Below, one piece after another: positions 16,851 to 43,832 of a stretch of DNA of 64,000 nucleotides. The DNA is taken from assembly GCF_009914755.1 (NCBI RefSeq), contig NC_060931.1. One strand, written 5' to 3'. The stretch's first letter is position 1; the number at the start of each line of letters is the position of its first letter. The stretch comes from the human T2T-CHM13v2.0 reference genome, Homo sapiens. The position numbers and the translations under genes were made by a program. The notes beneath the pieces were generated by a model that was not told where the DNA came from, searched no databases, and saw nothing but the letters and a program-made list of their open reading frames with translations.

Positions 16851-17011
16851 GAGTCAGGTAATGTTGACAGTTTGTCACATTTTCAAGGGTTTGCAGTTTC
16901 CTAGGGGTAGAGAAAAACTGTCTCATCCTCCATCAGATGGGATTAAAGGGAGAGATGAAAGTTTGTCCTTCTAACCTCCTGTTTCCATGGTGCTTTCCAT
17001 CCCTCCACAAG

Positions 17012-17088
17012 ATGATGATTCCATCCACCTGGAGTCCATCTATAGTAATTTCCAGCCCTCCTTGAGACACATAGACCCTGAAACAAAG
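17012..17088 (+). CDS. MUC17: MUC17 exon, cytoplasmic tail (DDDSIHLESIYSNFQPSLRHIDPETK)
   Basis: ccacaag|AT...AAG|gtaaga. Confidence 0.93.
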
Positions 17089-18265
17089 GTAAGAAGGGCC
17101 TGGATGGGATGCTGGCCTCCCCCAACCCTGCGACTTTCTTCTTCTCCTTTCCTACATGGTAGGACCTTCAGAAAAACAGAACCATGTTTACAGTTTATTG
17201 GTCCAGGTGATCCTCCCAGGTCCATACTGCCAGGAAACAAGCCTAACTCAGGGGAAGAATAAAAGCTAAGTAGCAAGGTGGAATCACTTTCCTTTGACCC
17301 CTGAGGCTTCAGGTTCGGAGGTTTCCTTCCCTACTCTAAGTACATCCTTGATGGCCAACTTACTTAGTTATTTTAACTTGTAAACACACATAAAAGTCAA
17401 AATAGCAGTGCAGTAAATACTTACATATTCCATCTAGCTCAACAAGGCTTAACATGCCATATGTTTCTTTCTTTGTATTGATCTATTCACTAATTTTTGC
17501 TGAATAATTTGGAAGTCAGCTGCCAACATTATGACACTTGATCTCTAACCATTTCAGCACACACTTCCCAATACCACGATTATATCCAATACATTGATCA
17601 TAACTTCACAATATCGTCTGGTACCCAATGTTTCCAATTAGCCCAAGGACATCTTTTATTACTATTTTTTTTTCTCAGATGTAGATATAACAGATTTCAC
17701 TCACTGACTTCCGTTATGTCTCTTTGGTCTTTTAATCTAGAATGGGCTCCTACATTTTTTAACATATTGCTTTTTTTAAGAGTCTAGGATGGTTGTCTTG
17801 AAAAATGTCTCACACTCCTGGTTTGTTTCATGGTGTCATCTAACTTGCCCACCCATCCTTAGTATCAGAGGTATTAGAGGTATTCTAGGATTGGAAATAC
17901 TGGAGGTTGGTTCTAGAGGCTTAACTGGAATCAGATTAAACATTTTTGTTATATCATAGATAATGCTATCGCCTCACTTCAACAAGTATATAACATCAGG
18001 TTTTCCCCTCATGATTAAGGCCGAGATTGGTCACTTGGGCAAAAAGTGACCACTCCTTGATCACTGCTTTAATATGATTTAAACTAGATGGATATTTGAG
18101 GGTAGGAGAAATAACAAGTGTGAACGTCTTCAGGTGCTATGCTCCCTTGACATAGCCCTTTGGGCAAGGATGAAATCTCCAGCAAGGATAACTGTAAACC
18201 TACCTGGCGGGGAGGGGAAGGCACAATTGGTTTGTGCTAGAATCCAGGTAATGGGACAAGTTCTA

Positions 18266-18499
<234 letters not shown>

Positions 18500-18583
18500 T
18501 CACCCTGGGCAACATAGTGAAACCTCATCTCTACAAAAAATTTAAAAATTATTCAGGTGTGGTTGTGTGCACATGTAGTCCTA

Positions 18584-18739
<156 letters not shown>

Positions 18740-18820
18740 CTATCCCAATCCTCCTTATGCTTCCAGAATCCCAAATTCCTCATGGGCTGAGCCCTCACTT
18801 GGTTTTATCTCTCTTTTCAG

Positions 18821-18862
18821 ATCCGAATTCAGAGGCCTCAGGTAATGACGACATCATTTTAA
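18821..18862 (+). CDS. MUC17: MUC17 last coding segment IRIQRPQVMTTSF* (class I PDZ-binding motif)
   Basis: cttttcag|ATC...TTT TAA. Confidence 0.94.
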   Translation: MRIQRPQVMTTSF

Positions 18863-19652
18863 GGCATGGAGCTGAGAAGTCTGGGAGTGAGGAGATCCCA
18901 GTCCGGCTAAGCTTGGTGGAGCATTTTCCCATTGAGAGCCTTCCATGGGAACTCAATGTTCCCATTGTAAGTACAGGAAACAAGCCCTGTACTTACCAAG
19001 GAGAAAGAGGAGAGACAGCAGTGCTGGGAGATTCTCAAATAGAAACCCGTGGACGCTCCAATGGGCTTGTCATGATATCAGGCTAGGCTTTCCTGCTCAT
19101 TTTTCAAAGACGCTCCAGATTTGAGGGTACTCTGACTGCAACATCTTTCACCCCATTGATCGCCAGGATTGATTTGGTTGATCTGGCTGAGCAGGCGGGT
19201 GTCCCCGTCCTCCCTCACTGCCCCATATGTGTCCCTCCTAAAGCTGCATGCTCAGTTGAAGAGGACGAGAGGACGACCTTCTCTGATAGAGGAGGACCAC
19301 GCTTCAGTCAAAGGCATACAAGTATCTATCTGGACTTCCCTGCTAGCACTTCCAAACAAGCTCAGAGATGTTCCTCCCCTCATCTGCCCGGGTTCAGTAC
19401 CATGGACAGCGCCCTCGACCCGCTGTTTACAACCATGACCCCTTGGACACTGGACTGCATGCACTTTACATATCACAAAATGCTCTCATAAGAATTATTG
19501 CATACCATCTTCATGAAAAACACCTGTATTTAAATATAGAGCATTTACCTTTTGGTATATAAGATTGTGGGTATTTTTTAAGTTCTTATTGTTATGAGTT
19601 CTGATTTTTTCCTTAGTAAATATTATAATATATATTTGTAGTAACTAAAAAT

Positions 19653-19658
19653 AATAAA
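19653..19658 (+). terminator. MUC17 polyadenylation signal AATAAA
   Basis: AATAAA ~790 nt after the stop, upstream TGTA, downstream T-rich sequence. Confidence 0.8.
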
Positions 19659-19869
19659 GCAATTTTATTACAATTTTCATGGTTCCCAGATCTTTCCTCC
19701 TGTTTCCCATAGCTCCTGTTTCTAACCTCCCAGACTCTCTCTCTCTCCTCCAGAACATAAAATCGGATGCTTTTGGGGTTCAAGACAACAAGAGAGAGAT
19801 TTGCAGTGGAAAGAGGACCATTCCTTGAACTCCACTGACACCATTTGCTGGTGTCCAAGAGGCAAGGCA

Positions 19870-19920
19870 GACAGACAGACAGACACACACACACATATAC
19901 ACATACACACAGAGGGGGGG

Positions 19921-19968
<48 letters not shown>
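19870..19968. repeat. Compound (GACA)n/(CA)n/(GA)n microsatellite
   Basis: Direct reading. Confidence 0.95.
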
Positions 19969-19970
<2 letters not shown>

Positions 19971-20454
19971 CACTTCCTACCAAAGAAAACCAAATTTTGC
20001 AAGCTCTCCTTCTGAAAACGGGCTTTTATTTCTTTCCATACATCTAAAGAGATAGAGACCTGGGTTCTATTTCAAGCTTTCTCGTGAATTCCTTGGGTTA
20101 AATCTGGGAAAAATCTATTTGGACTCAGTCTTGCCTTCTGCCGAATAAGGACTAGGTTATTTCTAAAGCCTCTTTCATCGCTGTCCTTCTTAATATTCCT
20201 AGGACGCTTTTTAATAATTATTGTTATTCCAGCCATGCCGCTCAGGATTCATTGTATTCTTGAAAGTCTGTCCCACCCGCCACCCGCTTCAAAGCCTAAC
20301 CTGAGACAGAACCTGGACTCTGCTTCCCCCTACTGGACACTCTGAGCACCTGCAGGCACCATGCCGTTTCTCAGCGGTCCCCTTCTGGCCTCTCCTGTGA
20401 CAAAAATATTCCGTTACACTTGATCATTTCCATATTTGCCATCAAAATTCTGTT

Positions 20455-21130
<676 letters not shown>

Positions 21131-21309
21131 ACACATATATATGTATATATAACAGTGAACCCCATATAACCTTCACCTGGAGTTATCAGTTGTTAACGTT
21201 GTGTCCTATTTGCTCTAAAGTGGTATGTATTTTTTCGAATTAAGCAAAATTGGAAATTAAAAATTAGAAAAGTTACAAATAAAAAATTACCACGAACCTG
21301 ACCTTTTTT

Positions 21310-22165
<856 letters not shown>

Positions 22166-22411
22166 ACAATCCTCAGTTCCCAAAACTGAGCTGAATTCAT
22201 ACATCTTCACTTTCAGACCTGCCTCCTGCCTCCCATAGGCATCTGTGGCCATGGGAGCGGGGACTTAACAGGGCTACAGACCCCACATCCCATCTGGAAC
22301 TGAAATCTCAGCACCTTCCCACTCTCTCATCCTATCTGTGAAACGGAGAGGCAGGACAGAGCACCCAGACCCATAGGCTGCCCAGGTCCACTCTTGGTGA
22401 GCCATTTACTA

Positions 22412-22843
<432 letters not shown>

Positions 22844-23667
22844 CTACCATGTGCAAAGTACCTTTCATCATTCCCAGTCCACCAATGAGGGCAACCAAGG
22901 CAGACATCCTAGCAACTTGCCCAAGATCATGAAACCAATGGGTATGAGGCTGGGATTAGAAAACAGGGTGGCATCTGGTCAAACCTGTGTTCTTTTTTTT
23001 TTTTTTTTTGAGACAGGGTCTTGCTCTGTTACCCAGGCTGGAGTGCAGTGGTGCGATCATGGTTCACTGCAGCCTCAAACTTCTGGGCTCAAGCAATCTT
23101 CTTGCCTCAGCCTCCTAAGTAGTTGCAGGTGTGCATTGCCATGCTCAGCTAATTTTTAACATTTTTAAAATAGAGACAGGGGTCTTGCTATGTTGCCCAG
23201 GCTGGTCTCGAACTCCTGACTTCAAATCATCCTACCACCTCGGCCTCCCAAAAGTTCTGGGATTACAGGTGTGAGCCACAGTGCCCGACTCAAGTCTGCG
23301 TTCTTATCTATCACTTATGTGCCCTCCCCGTGGGACCACTCTTGGGATAAACTGGGTTAATACACGTAAAATGCTTGGAACAAATTCTGGCATATAAAAA
23401 ATTCTAAAAGAGAAAGAGTGGGAGAGAGAAAACATGAGCTATTGCTACATCAGCTTCCCTGTCATAATTCTCTCTTTGCAGCTCATCCCTCTTAAGTTTC
23501 TTCTCTCTCTTCCTCCAACCATACAAGAGTGATGGCTGGACTTGAAGCAAGACAGAAGGCTGGCCCTGTCACTTTGCAGAAACCAAGAAATCCAAATGCA
23601 TAGAGATGCAAAGAGATAGTTGGAGGCAGATACACTAAGTCACAGAAAGAGGGGTCTGGTGGGGGCT

Positions 23668-24754
<1,087 letters not shown>

Positions 24755-25117
24755 AGGACCTAAAGGCAAAGAGGCACTCAGGGACCACCCCTCCGGGCTC
24801 ACCTCGGGTCACCTGCACCGTTCCTCACCGTCACGCAGGTGCACACGTACCACTGCTTGACTTTCAGCGCCGCTCCTGCCGACCCTTGAGTCTGTTCACA
24901 GGCATCTCCTTGCATCCAGCCCATGGCATCCACTGGCTGCTCTCCCTGTGGTCTGTCCCACTGCCAATCACTGTTTCCTGCCACAGCCCACCATTGCCTT
25001 CCCAGTTATGCGGTTCACCTGCTCCAACACTAACGCCCTGGCCCTCTGATTAAAGCAATATCTCCACCTCAGCATGGTTTTCAATGTCCCTGGAATCTGA
25101 TCTCATTTTCCTCCTGA

Positions 25118-25540
<423 letters not shown>

Positions 25541-26170
25541 TAGAACCTGACCCATCCTGCAACTCCAATTCCACTTCCTCCAGGAAGCCCTCTCTGATAC
25601 CACCTTTGTCTACTTCTCTCATTGCGTTCATCATTTCCCCTTGTTCGCTCCAGGGTGAGGATGAGGCTTTGTTACTTTCTGTACCCCACAGCACCTAACA
25701 CCGTGCCTTGTGCATAGAAGATGCCCTGAATGCTTGTTAACTTTAATTAAAACTTCTCTCCCTTGGCCAGGCACAGTGGCTCATGCCTGTAATCCCTCCC
25801 CTTTTTGGGAGGCTGAGGCAGGAGAATCACTTGAGCTTGGGAGTTCAAGACCAGCCTGGGCAACATGGTGATACTCCATCTCTACAAAAAGTCTTAAAAT
25901 TAGCTGGGCATGGTGGTGCGTGCCTGTAGTCCCAGCTACTTGGGAAGCTGAGGTGAGAGGATTGCTTGAGCCTGGATTGTCGAGGCTGCAGTCAGCTGAG
26001 ATCACACCACTGCACTTCAACCTGGGCAACAGAGTGAGACCCTGTCTCAAAAACAAACAAACAAACAAACAAACAAACTCATCTCTCTTGGCCAGGCACA
26101 GTGGCTCATGCCTGTAATCCCAACACTTTGGGAGGCCGAGGCAGCAGGATTGCTTGAGCCCAGGAGTTCA

Positions 26171-26795
<625 letters not shown>

Positions 26796-26811
26796 TGAGG
26801 GCAGGAGTTCA

Positions 26812-27093
<282 letters not shown>

Positions 27094-27876
27094 TCACTTG
27101 TTCTGGTTACTTCACGCATGCTTACACCAACCCCACAGAAAGCCAGCCCCTGTGGGCCACAGAGCCCAGCTCAGGCAGTGCAAGCTGTGGGCCCCCTGGG
27201 GCTCTCTGTCTTCTGCTTTCCTCCCACGGCCGAGCCTCTCCCTTTCTGGAAGGGATCAAGACAAATGGAATGGTAAGCAGAGCTTATTTCTGCATCCCAG
27301 GGGGCCCTTGGCTTGAGCATAAACACAGCGTCTGATCTTTCTCCTTCTCCTCTTCTGAGTCTTTTCAGGTCACCCTCAGTCACCAGACACCCTGGGGGTG
27401 GGGCAAGAATGACAGGAGGCTGGAAGTTCAAGGACCATCTCCTGACCAATAAATGAAAATGTATGCCTCTCCCCCCGCCTGGGGATGCATGGAGATGAGG
27501 GAAATCATTTTCCAAAGCATCTTGTAAAATTCAGCTCTCTTGCAGGCAGATTATAACACGGCTTTTGAAGAACAGGAGGGGTCTTGCCGTTTAGATCTCC
27601 AGAGGTTGTGCTAGACCCGGGGGAAGACGTGACCAGTCGTGCTTTGCTGCGGTGGGTGATGTGACTCTGTAGGGCCTGTTGAAATGACACCCCCAAGGTA
27701 GGCAAGCCTGATTCATCTGCGATGATACAGCAGGTCGGGGAGCTGGCGGCTTCCTAAGTCAGACCGCCTGATGAGAGGCAGGACTCACAGGGGAGCCAGG
27801 AAGCTAAGGAAATTTACAGCAGGTCGTAGCCAGGGAAAGTGGAATTGAACCTGGGTGATCATCAGCCTGATTAGCT

Positions 27877-27893
27877 CAGTGCCTCCTGGTGGG
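27877..27893 (-). promoter_or_regulatory. Candidate CTCF motif
   Basis: Reverse complement CCCACCAGGAGGCACTG matches the CTCF core. Confidence 0.45.
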
Positions 27894-28062
27894 AGCCAAG
27901 GGCGGGAGGCAGCGCAGGGGAAGAGGGGGCAGGCAGTCAAGTCAGCATCATCAAGGTGGAGTTCCAGGAGCTGTGGTGTGCTAAGGTCAAGAGCAACTGG
28001 GCCAGGCGCAGTGGCGCACCCCTGTAATCCCAGCACTTTGGGAGGCCGAGGCGGGCAGATCA

Positions 28063-28335
<273 letters not shown>

Positions 28336-28752
28336 TCAAACTGTGAATCTTTGGGAAAAGAGGGCCCGTAATGCCAGGTGAGGACTGCATGACTTTATTC
28401 TCCATGACCAACACAGGCCACTGATAGCCCCTGCCAGGTGGAGGCATTTCCCATGCCTTCCAAAATTGCCCTGATTGCAATAATCACGCAGCCCTTTGTG
28501 AGCCATTGGTATAAGTCAGGGCTGGTACCAGGATTCATGCATACACATTAATTCATAGCTCCCCAACCTCCGTTTCTCAACCCAGCATGCCCTGAAAGGG
28601 TTCCAGGCTTCCAGAGAGAGTGAGACCACAGCCCTCAGGCCACCATGCAGGGCTTGCCAGGGGCTGGAGCCCTGTCATCCCTGGTAACTGTGGCCTCCAG
28701 CCTTGCAGATGCAATCATATTTCCCTTGATTTTTTTTTTTTTTTTTTTTTGA

Positions 28753-28956
<204 letters not shown>

Positions 28957-29454
28957 TAATACCAGTCCAAGCCCAGGCTCATGGCTGGCAGAGCCAGGTT
29001 TCTCCTGACACATACACAGTGTTGGGATTCTCTGCCCTGAGCAGGGAGAAGCCTCTGTCAACAGCACTGGAAGTATCTCTTTCTATGCTGCAGAGGTAGA
29101 CCAGATGGACGCAGCAGAGACGACCTCTTGGGCATTCTCATGTCAGAGTTGAGAGGCCCAAGCATTCAGCATTTTCTCATCTTCCTCCCTTACGGAAGGA
29201 GGCTGCGTTGCAGACACCCGAGTTGAGAATATCCAGGCCTGAAATTTGGTTCAACAAGTCAGAGATGCCGCAGAGCACCACTGCACTGATTTGAAGCTAA
29301 AACGGCCAAGGGTTTGCTGTGGCTTCGCTGCTTAAACCTGGAGGGCAGGCTGAGCCCAGGAGCCTGAGGGTGAGCCCGGCTGTCCCCACAAGATTCATCC
29401 TCCAGGCACCAGATCAAGACCTCATACACACCTCGGGGCGGAGCTAACTGCTCA

Positions 29455-30243
<789 letters not shown>

Positions 30244-30450
30244 TAGTAGAGACAGGGTTTCACCATGTTGGCAAAGCTGGTCTCGAACTCCTGACCTCAA
30301 GTGATCCACCCGCCTTAGCCTCACAAAGTAAGGGATTACAAGCATGTAATTAATGCTGGGATTGCAAGCATTACCATACCCAGCCTTTTTTTTTCTTCTT
30401 CTTCTTCCTTCGAGACAGAGTCTTGCTCTGTCACCCACTCTGGAGTTTAG

Positions 30451-30564
<114 letters not shown>

Positions 30565-30946
30565 TAAACTATTTGTAGGGATGGGGGCTTTGCCATGTTG
30601 CCGAGGTTGGTCATGAACTCTTGGCCTCAAGGGATTCTCCAGAGTGCTGGGATTACACGCGTGAGCCTCTGCACTCGGCCTAGAGGACTTTTGACTGACC
30701 CTCAATGCAGAGGGCCGAGCTGGTTACACATCTCAGATCATTTCATTGCCAACAGTCTGAACAAGACTCATCCCTCATCAGATTCCCCACTACACTCCTG
30801 TGCCTTCTACCTCCCCGCCTCCATCGTTGCCCACTCACTCCAATTCACTTAATATATATTAAGTATGCATTAATACATTAATAAACCAGGTGTGGTGGCT
30901 CACACCAGTAATCCCAGCACTTTGGGAGGCTGAGGCAGGTGGATCA

Positions 30947-31251
<305 letters not shown>

Positions 31252-31913
31252 TTACCCAGGCTGGAGTGCAGTGGTGCGATCACAGCTCACTGCAGCCTCC
31301 ATCTCCTGAGCTCAAGTGATCCTCCTATCTCAGCCCCTGCAAGGAGCTGGGACTATAGGTGCACACCACCACGCCCAGCTAATTTTTGTATTTTTTGTAG
31401 AGAAAGGGTTTTGCCCTTTTGCCCAGGCTGGTCTCAAACTCCTGGGCTCAAATGATCCTCCCATCTCAGCCCCCGCAAGTAGCTGGGACTATAGGCGCAC
31501 ACCATCACGCCCAGCTATTTTTGTATTTTTTGTAGAGACAGGGTTTTGCCATGTTGCCCAGGCTGGTCTCAAACTCCTGGGCTCAAGTGATCCCGCCCAC
31601 CTTGGCCTCCCAAAGTGCTGGGACTACAGACGTGAGCCACCGCACCCAGCCTTATTAATATAGTTTTGAAAGTTATATTATACTGTTTAATCTCTGTGTC
31701 TTAAGTTTATATACATGAATGTGTTCTGTGGATCTCATCTTTTCTGTTTCTATTCTTTCGGATTTTGCTTGTTTGTTTTTGAGTCAGGGCCTCAAGAGGG
31801 CCCCATATGAACCATTAACAGATGTTGACCATGTTCTGGGTTACAAGGAACCTCAGTAAATTACAAAAAATTTGCCTGGCAGAAATTATGGTTTTTCATT
31901 ATCATAAACATTA

Positions 31914-32782
<869 letters not shown>

Positions 32783-33577
32783 TCACTTGAGGGCAGGAGT
32801 TTGAGACCAGCCTGGGCAACACGGCAAGACCCTGTCTCTACAAAAATAAAAACAAACAAACAAACAAACAAACAAACAAACAAAAAGTAGCCAGGTGTGG
32901 TGGCATATGCCTGTATTCCCAGCTGCTTAGGAGGCTGAGGTGAGAGAATCACTTGAGCCCAGGAGGTTGAGGTTCAGATCGCACCACCGCATTCCAGCCT
33001 AGGTAACAGGGCAAGAACCTGGAAAGAAAGAAAAGAAGAGAGGGGAAGGAAGGAAGGAAGGAAAGGAGGGAAGGAAGGAAGGGGAACAACTCAAAGAAAA
33101 ATAAGAAAAGATAATTATTTCTTTTTTTTTTTTTTTTTACTTTTCTTTTAGATGATATTATTATTCTACTCACTAGACCACCAGGGAAGGCAAAGATTAT
33201 GAAACCTAAATGGCTAACAAACATGTTAGAAGGTATTCAGTCTCACCGGTAATTGGTAATTTTATACCCATCTGATGGCAGGGCGACTCTGGAGACATGG
33301 GAACTGGCGGGAGCACAGGTGGGCACAGTCATCCGGACAGCATCTGGCTCAGTAGTAAAAACTAAGTTATACGTAAACCGAATGACCCAGCAATGCACCT
33401 CCTAGAGAAACTCGCCTGTGGATAGGTCTTAAAAACCTGAAAGCAGACTGCCTGGCAAAGGGGCTCACCACCGTAAGCCCAGAGCTTTCCGTGGCCAAGG
33501 CAGGAGAATCGTTCAAGCACAGGAGTTTGAGACCAGCCTGGGTAACCTAAAGAGATTCTGTCTCTACAAAAAATCTA

Positions 33578-33697
<120 letters not shown>

Positions 33698-33937
33698 TCA
33701 AACCTGGATAACAGAGCAAGACCCTGTTTCAAAAAATGTATGTATAAATAATTGTCATTAGTTCATGTTTATCAATAGTTTATTCAAATACTCCATTTCT
33801 TGGCAGGGTGCGGTGGCTCACGCCTGTAATCCCAGCACTTTGGGAGGCCGAGGCGGGCAGATCACGAGGTCAGGAGATCGAGACCATCCTGGCTAACACA
33901 GTGAAACCCCATCTCTACTAAAAAATACAAAAAATTA

Positions 33938-34283
<346 letters not shown>

Positions 34284-34304
34284 TTAATGAATATATATAT
34301 TCAT

Positions 34305-34346
<42 letters not shown>

Positions 34347-34479
34347 CACACACACAATTCTGGTCCCAGAAATTGAAAGAAGATGCATTTTTCTCAAGCA
34401 CGCATGAGATGTTTATAAGTCCATAATTAGTCCAATAAAATATATCTCAGTAAATATCAAAGGAAAGCAAGAACAAAAA

Positions 34480-37075
<2,596 letters not shown>

Positions 37076-37401
37076 TGAGCCACTGCACCCGGCCTCTTGT
37101 GTTTTTAAGATGGGAAATAGGCTAGGCACTGTGTCTCTACTGTGACCCCAGCACTTTGAGAGGCCAAGGCGGGAGGATCACTTGAGGCCAGGAGTTTGAG
37201 ACCAGCCTGGGCAACACAGTGAGACCCCCCCCCATCTCTACAAAAGATAAAATAGCCGGGTGCAGTGGCTCACTCCTGTAATCCCAGCACTTTGGACTTT
37301 GGGAGGCTGAGGCGAGTGGATTGCCTGAGCTCAGGAGTTTGAGATCAGCCTGGGGAACACGGTGAAACCCTGTCTTTACTAAAAATACAAAAAATTAGCT
37401 A

Positions 37402-37542
<141 letters not shown>

Positions 37543-37718
37543 CTAAAAACAAAAACAAAAACAAGAACAAAAGATGGAAAATATGCTAAAAGGATCTAGT
37601 GGCAAAAGGAAATCTCAGTAACACTGACTCTGTCTTTACTTAAAATTGTGATATTATGTTTATTATGGATGTCTTGTAATTTTATTTTTTAAGTATTGCA
37701 TTGAAATATTAATTATTA

Positions 37719-37994
<276 letters not shown>

Positions 37995-38564
37995 TTAGCC
38001 AAGTGTGGTGGCGGGCGCCTGTAATCCCAGCTACTCAGGAGGCTGAGGCAGGAGATGCATGAACCCAGGAGGTGGAAGTTGCAGTGAGCCGAGATCACGC
38101 CACTGCACTCCAGCCTGGGCGACAGAGCAAGACTCCGTCTCACAAAACAGAACAAACAGGAACTGAGGATGGGCCCCTGGGTCTGGCAGCCTAGAAGGGA
38201 CACATAGGGCCTATGATGATTGGCAGGAGCAACCACAGGCTGACAGGGACCTCCCCAGGCTCTGCCCACTGGTCTATGCACCGTCCCTGCCCTTCTCCAG
38301 CTGCCTGGCACAGCTGAACATGCAGGGACATGGTATTGTCATGGGGTCTTATAAGAGCTGCTATGGACACTGATGGGGAGAGTGACCACGCAAGAACAGT
38401 CATTCTAGAATTAGTCCACAGAATTGGCTAAGGAGGAAAAGACAAGGAAGGCAGTAGTTGCCGTGGCAACATTATGGTTTACTGGATGAAGGAAAGGTGG
38501 TTTTTATGGGTGACTGGGTAATTGACTATCGCCCGGAGCCAGCAGGCAGCGTTAGCAGGGGACA

Positions 38565-38583
38565 GAGCTCCCTCTAGTGGGCC
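38565..38583 (-). promoter_or_regulatory. Strong candidate CTCF motif in non-repeat DNA
   Basis: Reverse complement GGCCCACTAGAGGGAGCTC. Confidence 0.6.
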
Positions 38584-38797
38584 TGGATGGCAAAGATGGT
38601 TCAGAGTGGATGGTGCTGCGGGCACTGGGAGCACAGGTATGCCTAGCAATTGGGGAACAGGCAGAGGAAGAGAAGCCAGCAGGGCAGAGGGGAGGGGGCA
38701 GAGGAGGAGGGGGAAGAGGGGGCGTCGACCTAGAGAGGCGTGAGTTTTGAGAAGGAAGTGATCACAGCTTCAAAAGTCAGAGAGGTTTATAGGATAA

Positions 38798-39143
<346 letters not shown>

Positions 39144-39959
39144 TAATTTTTGTATTTTTGTAGAGACAGTGTTTCACCATCTTGGCCAGGCTGGTCTCAA
39201 ACTCCTGACCTCAAGTAATCCACCTGCCTTGGCCTCTCAAAGTGCTGGATTACAGGCATGAGCCACCACGCCTGGCCTAATATTTTATATTTTAAAATTT
39301 GCTTCATTGGGCTATAATTTATATAAACTAAAAACCATCCATTTAAGTATATAGTTCAATGAGTTTTGACAAGTGTACATAGTCGAGTAATTGCCAACAC
39401 AATCCTGATACAGTACATTATAAAAATAAAGAAATTGACATTGGTCCAATACCATTAACTAGACTACAGATCTTACTCAGATTGCAGTAGTTTTTACATG
39501 CACTCATGTGTGTGTGTGCATGTATGTGTGTGTGTGTGTCTGCATAGTTCTATGCAATTTTTAAAAAATATTTTTTATTTTTTTGGCTGGGTGCAGTGGC
39601 TCACGCCTGTAATCCCTGAACTTTGGGAGGCCAAGGCTGAGGTCAGGAGTTCAAGACCAGCCTGGCCAACATGGTGAAACTCCATCTCCACTAAAAATAC
39701 AAAAATTAGCCAGGTGGGCGCCCGTAGTCCCAGCTACTCAAGAGGCTGAGGAAGGAGAATCTCTTGAACCCGGGAGGTGGAGGTTCCAGTGAGCCTAGAT
39801 CGTGCCACTGTACTCCTATTTCTTTCTTTCTTTTTTTTTTTTTCCTGCTTTCTGGATGATTTCCTTAATTAAAACCTTCCAATTACTATGGCTTCAGGCC
39901 AGGTGCAGTGGCTCACACCTGTAATCTCAGCACTTTGGGAGGCCGAGGTGGGCGGATCA

Positions 39960-40172
<213 letters not shown>

Positions 40173-40236
40173 TCAAACAAACAAAAAACCGTGATGGCAG
40201 ATTTGAAAGACACAATAGAAGGGTTGGAAGGTTTTA

Positions 40237-40930
<694 letters not shown>

Positions 40931-41855
40931 TAGTAGAGATGAGGTTTCACCATGTTGGCCAGGCTGGTCTCGAACTCCTGACCTCAAGTGATCCACCCAC
41001 CTCAGCCTCCCAAAGTGCTGAGATTACAGGCGTGAGCCACTGTGCCCAGCCATGTTGGCAGATTTAAAAGAGCCACTACATGCCCAGCAGGATGTACTCA
41101 CTGTGAAATTCTGAACACTGGGATCAAAGAACATTCTGAAAGCTTCCAAAGGGTACTGGATCCTTGAGAGCTCATTGCTTAGCACTTTGGGAGGCTGACA
41201 CGGGAGGACCACCTGAAGCCAGGAGTTCAAGACCACACTGCCCAACATAGCGAGACCCTGTTTCAATAAGAAATAATAAATAAAAATTATTTAAAAAAGA
41301 ATTCTATGGGCTGGTTGTTAAATAGTGGTGGTGTGCATGATTTTTGTTTGTTTGTTTGTTTGTTTTTTGAGACGGAGTCTCGCTCTGTCGCCCAGGCTGG
41401 AGTGCAGTGGCGCGATCTCGGCTCACTGCAAGCTCCGCCTCCTGGGTTCATGGCATTCTCCTGCCTCAGCCTCCTGAGTGGCTGTGACTACAGGCATCCG
41501 CCACCACGCCCAGCTAATTTTTTCGTCTTTTTTAGTAGAGACGGGGTTTCACTGTGTTAGCCAGGATGGTCTTGATCCCCTGACCTCGTGATCCACCCGC
41601 CTCGGCCTCCCAAAGTGCTGGGATTACAGCTGTGAGCCACTGTGCCCGGCCCAGGGTTTTTTTTTTTTTAAGAGGAGGTGACAGTTTACTAGCATATTAC
41701 TAAATCGTTAAGTAAATTACGGCAGATAATTTATGAAGCCATTAATTCTAAAAACTACAAAGAATATGTAAAATCCTAGAAAATATCTTGTCAGCTGGGC
41801 GTGGTGGCTCATGCCTGCAATCCTAGTACTTTGGGAGGATGAGGCAGGCAGATCA

Positions 41856-43468
<1,613 letters not shown>

Positions 43469-43636
43469 ATGTTAACCCAGGCTGGTCTTGAACTCTGGGA
43501 CTCAAGCGATCCTCCCACCTCAGCCTCCCAAGTAGCTGGAACTATAGGCACATTATTTTTTTTAATGACTTGTGACACAGCCCCGGGAGATCCTGAGAAC
43601 ATGTGCCCTCTTTCTAATTTTTTATTTTTTCCGTAG

Positions 43637-43832
<196 letters not shown>

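Noticed and set aside
18757-19562. ORFs in the MUC17 last exon / 3'UTR
   Set aside because: Not in the spliced MUC17 frame, no recognisable protein features, lengths expected by chance
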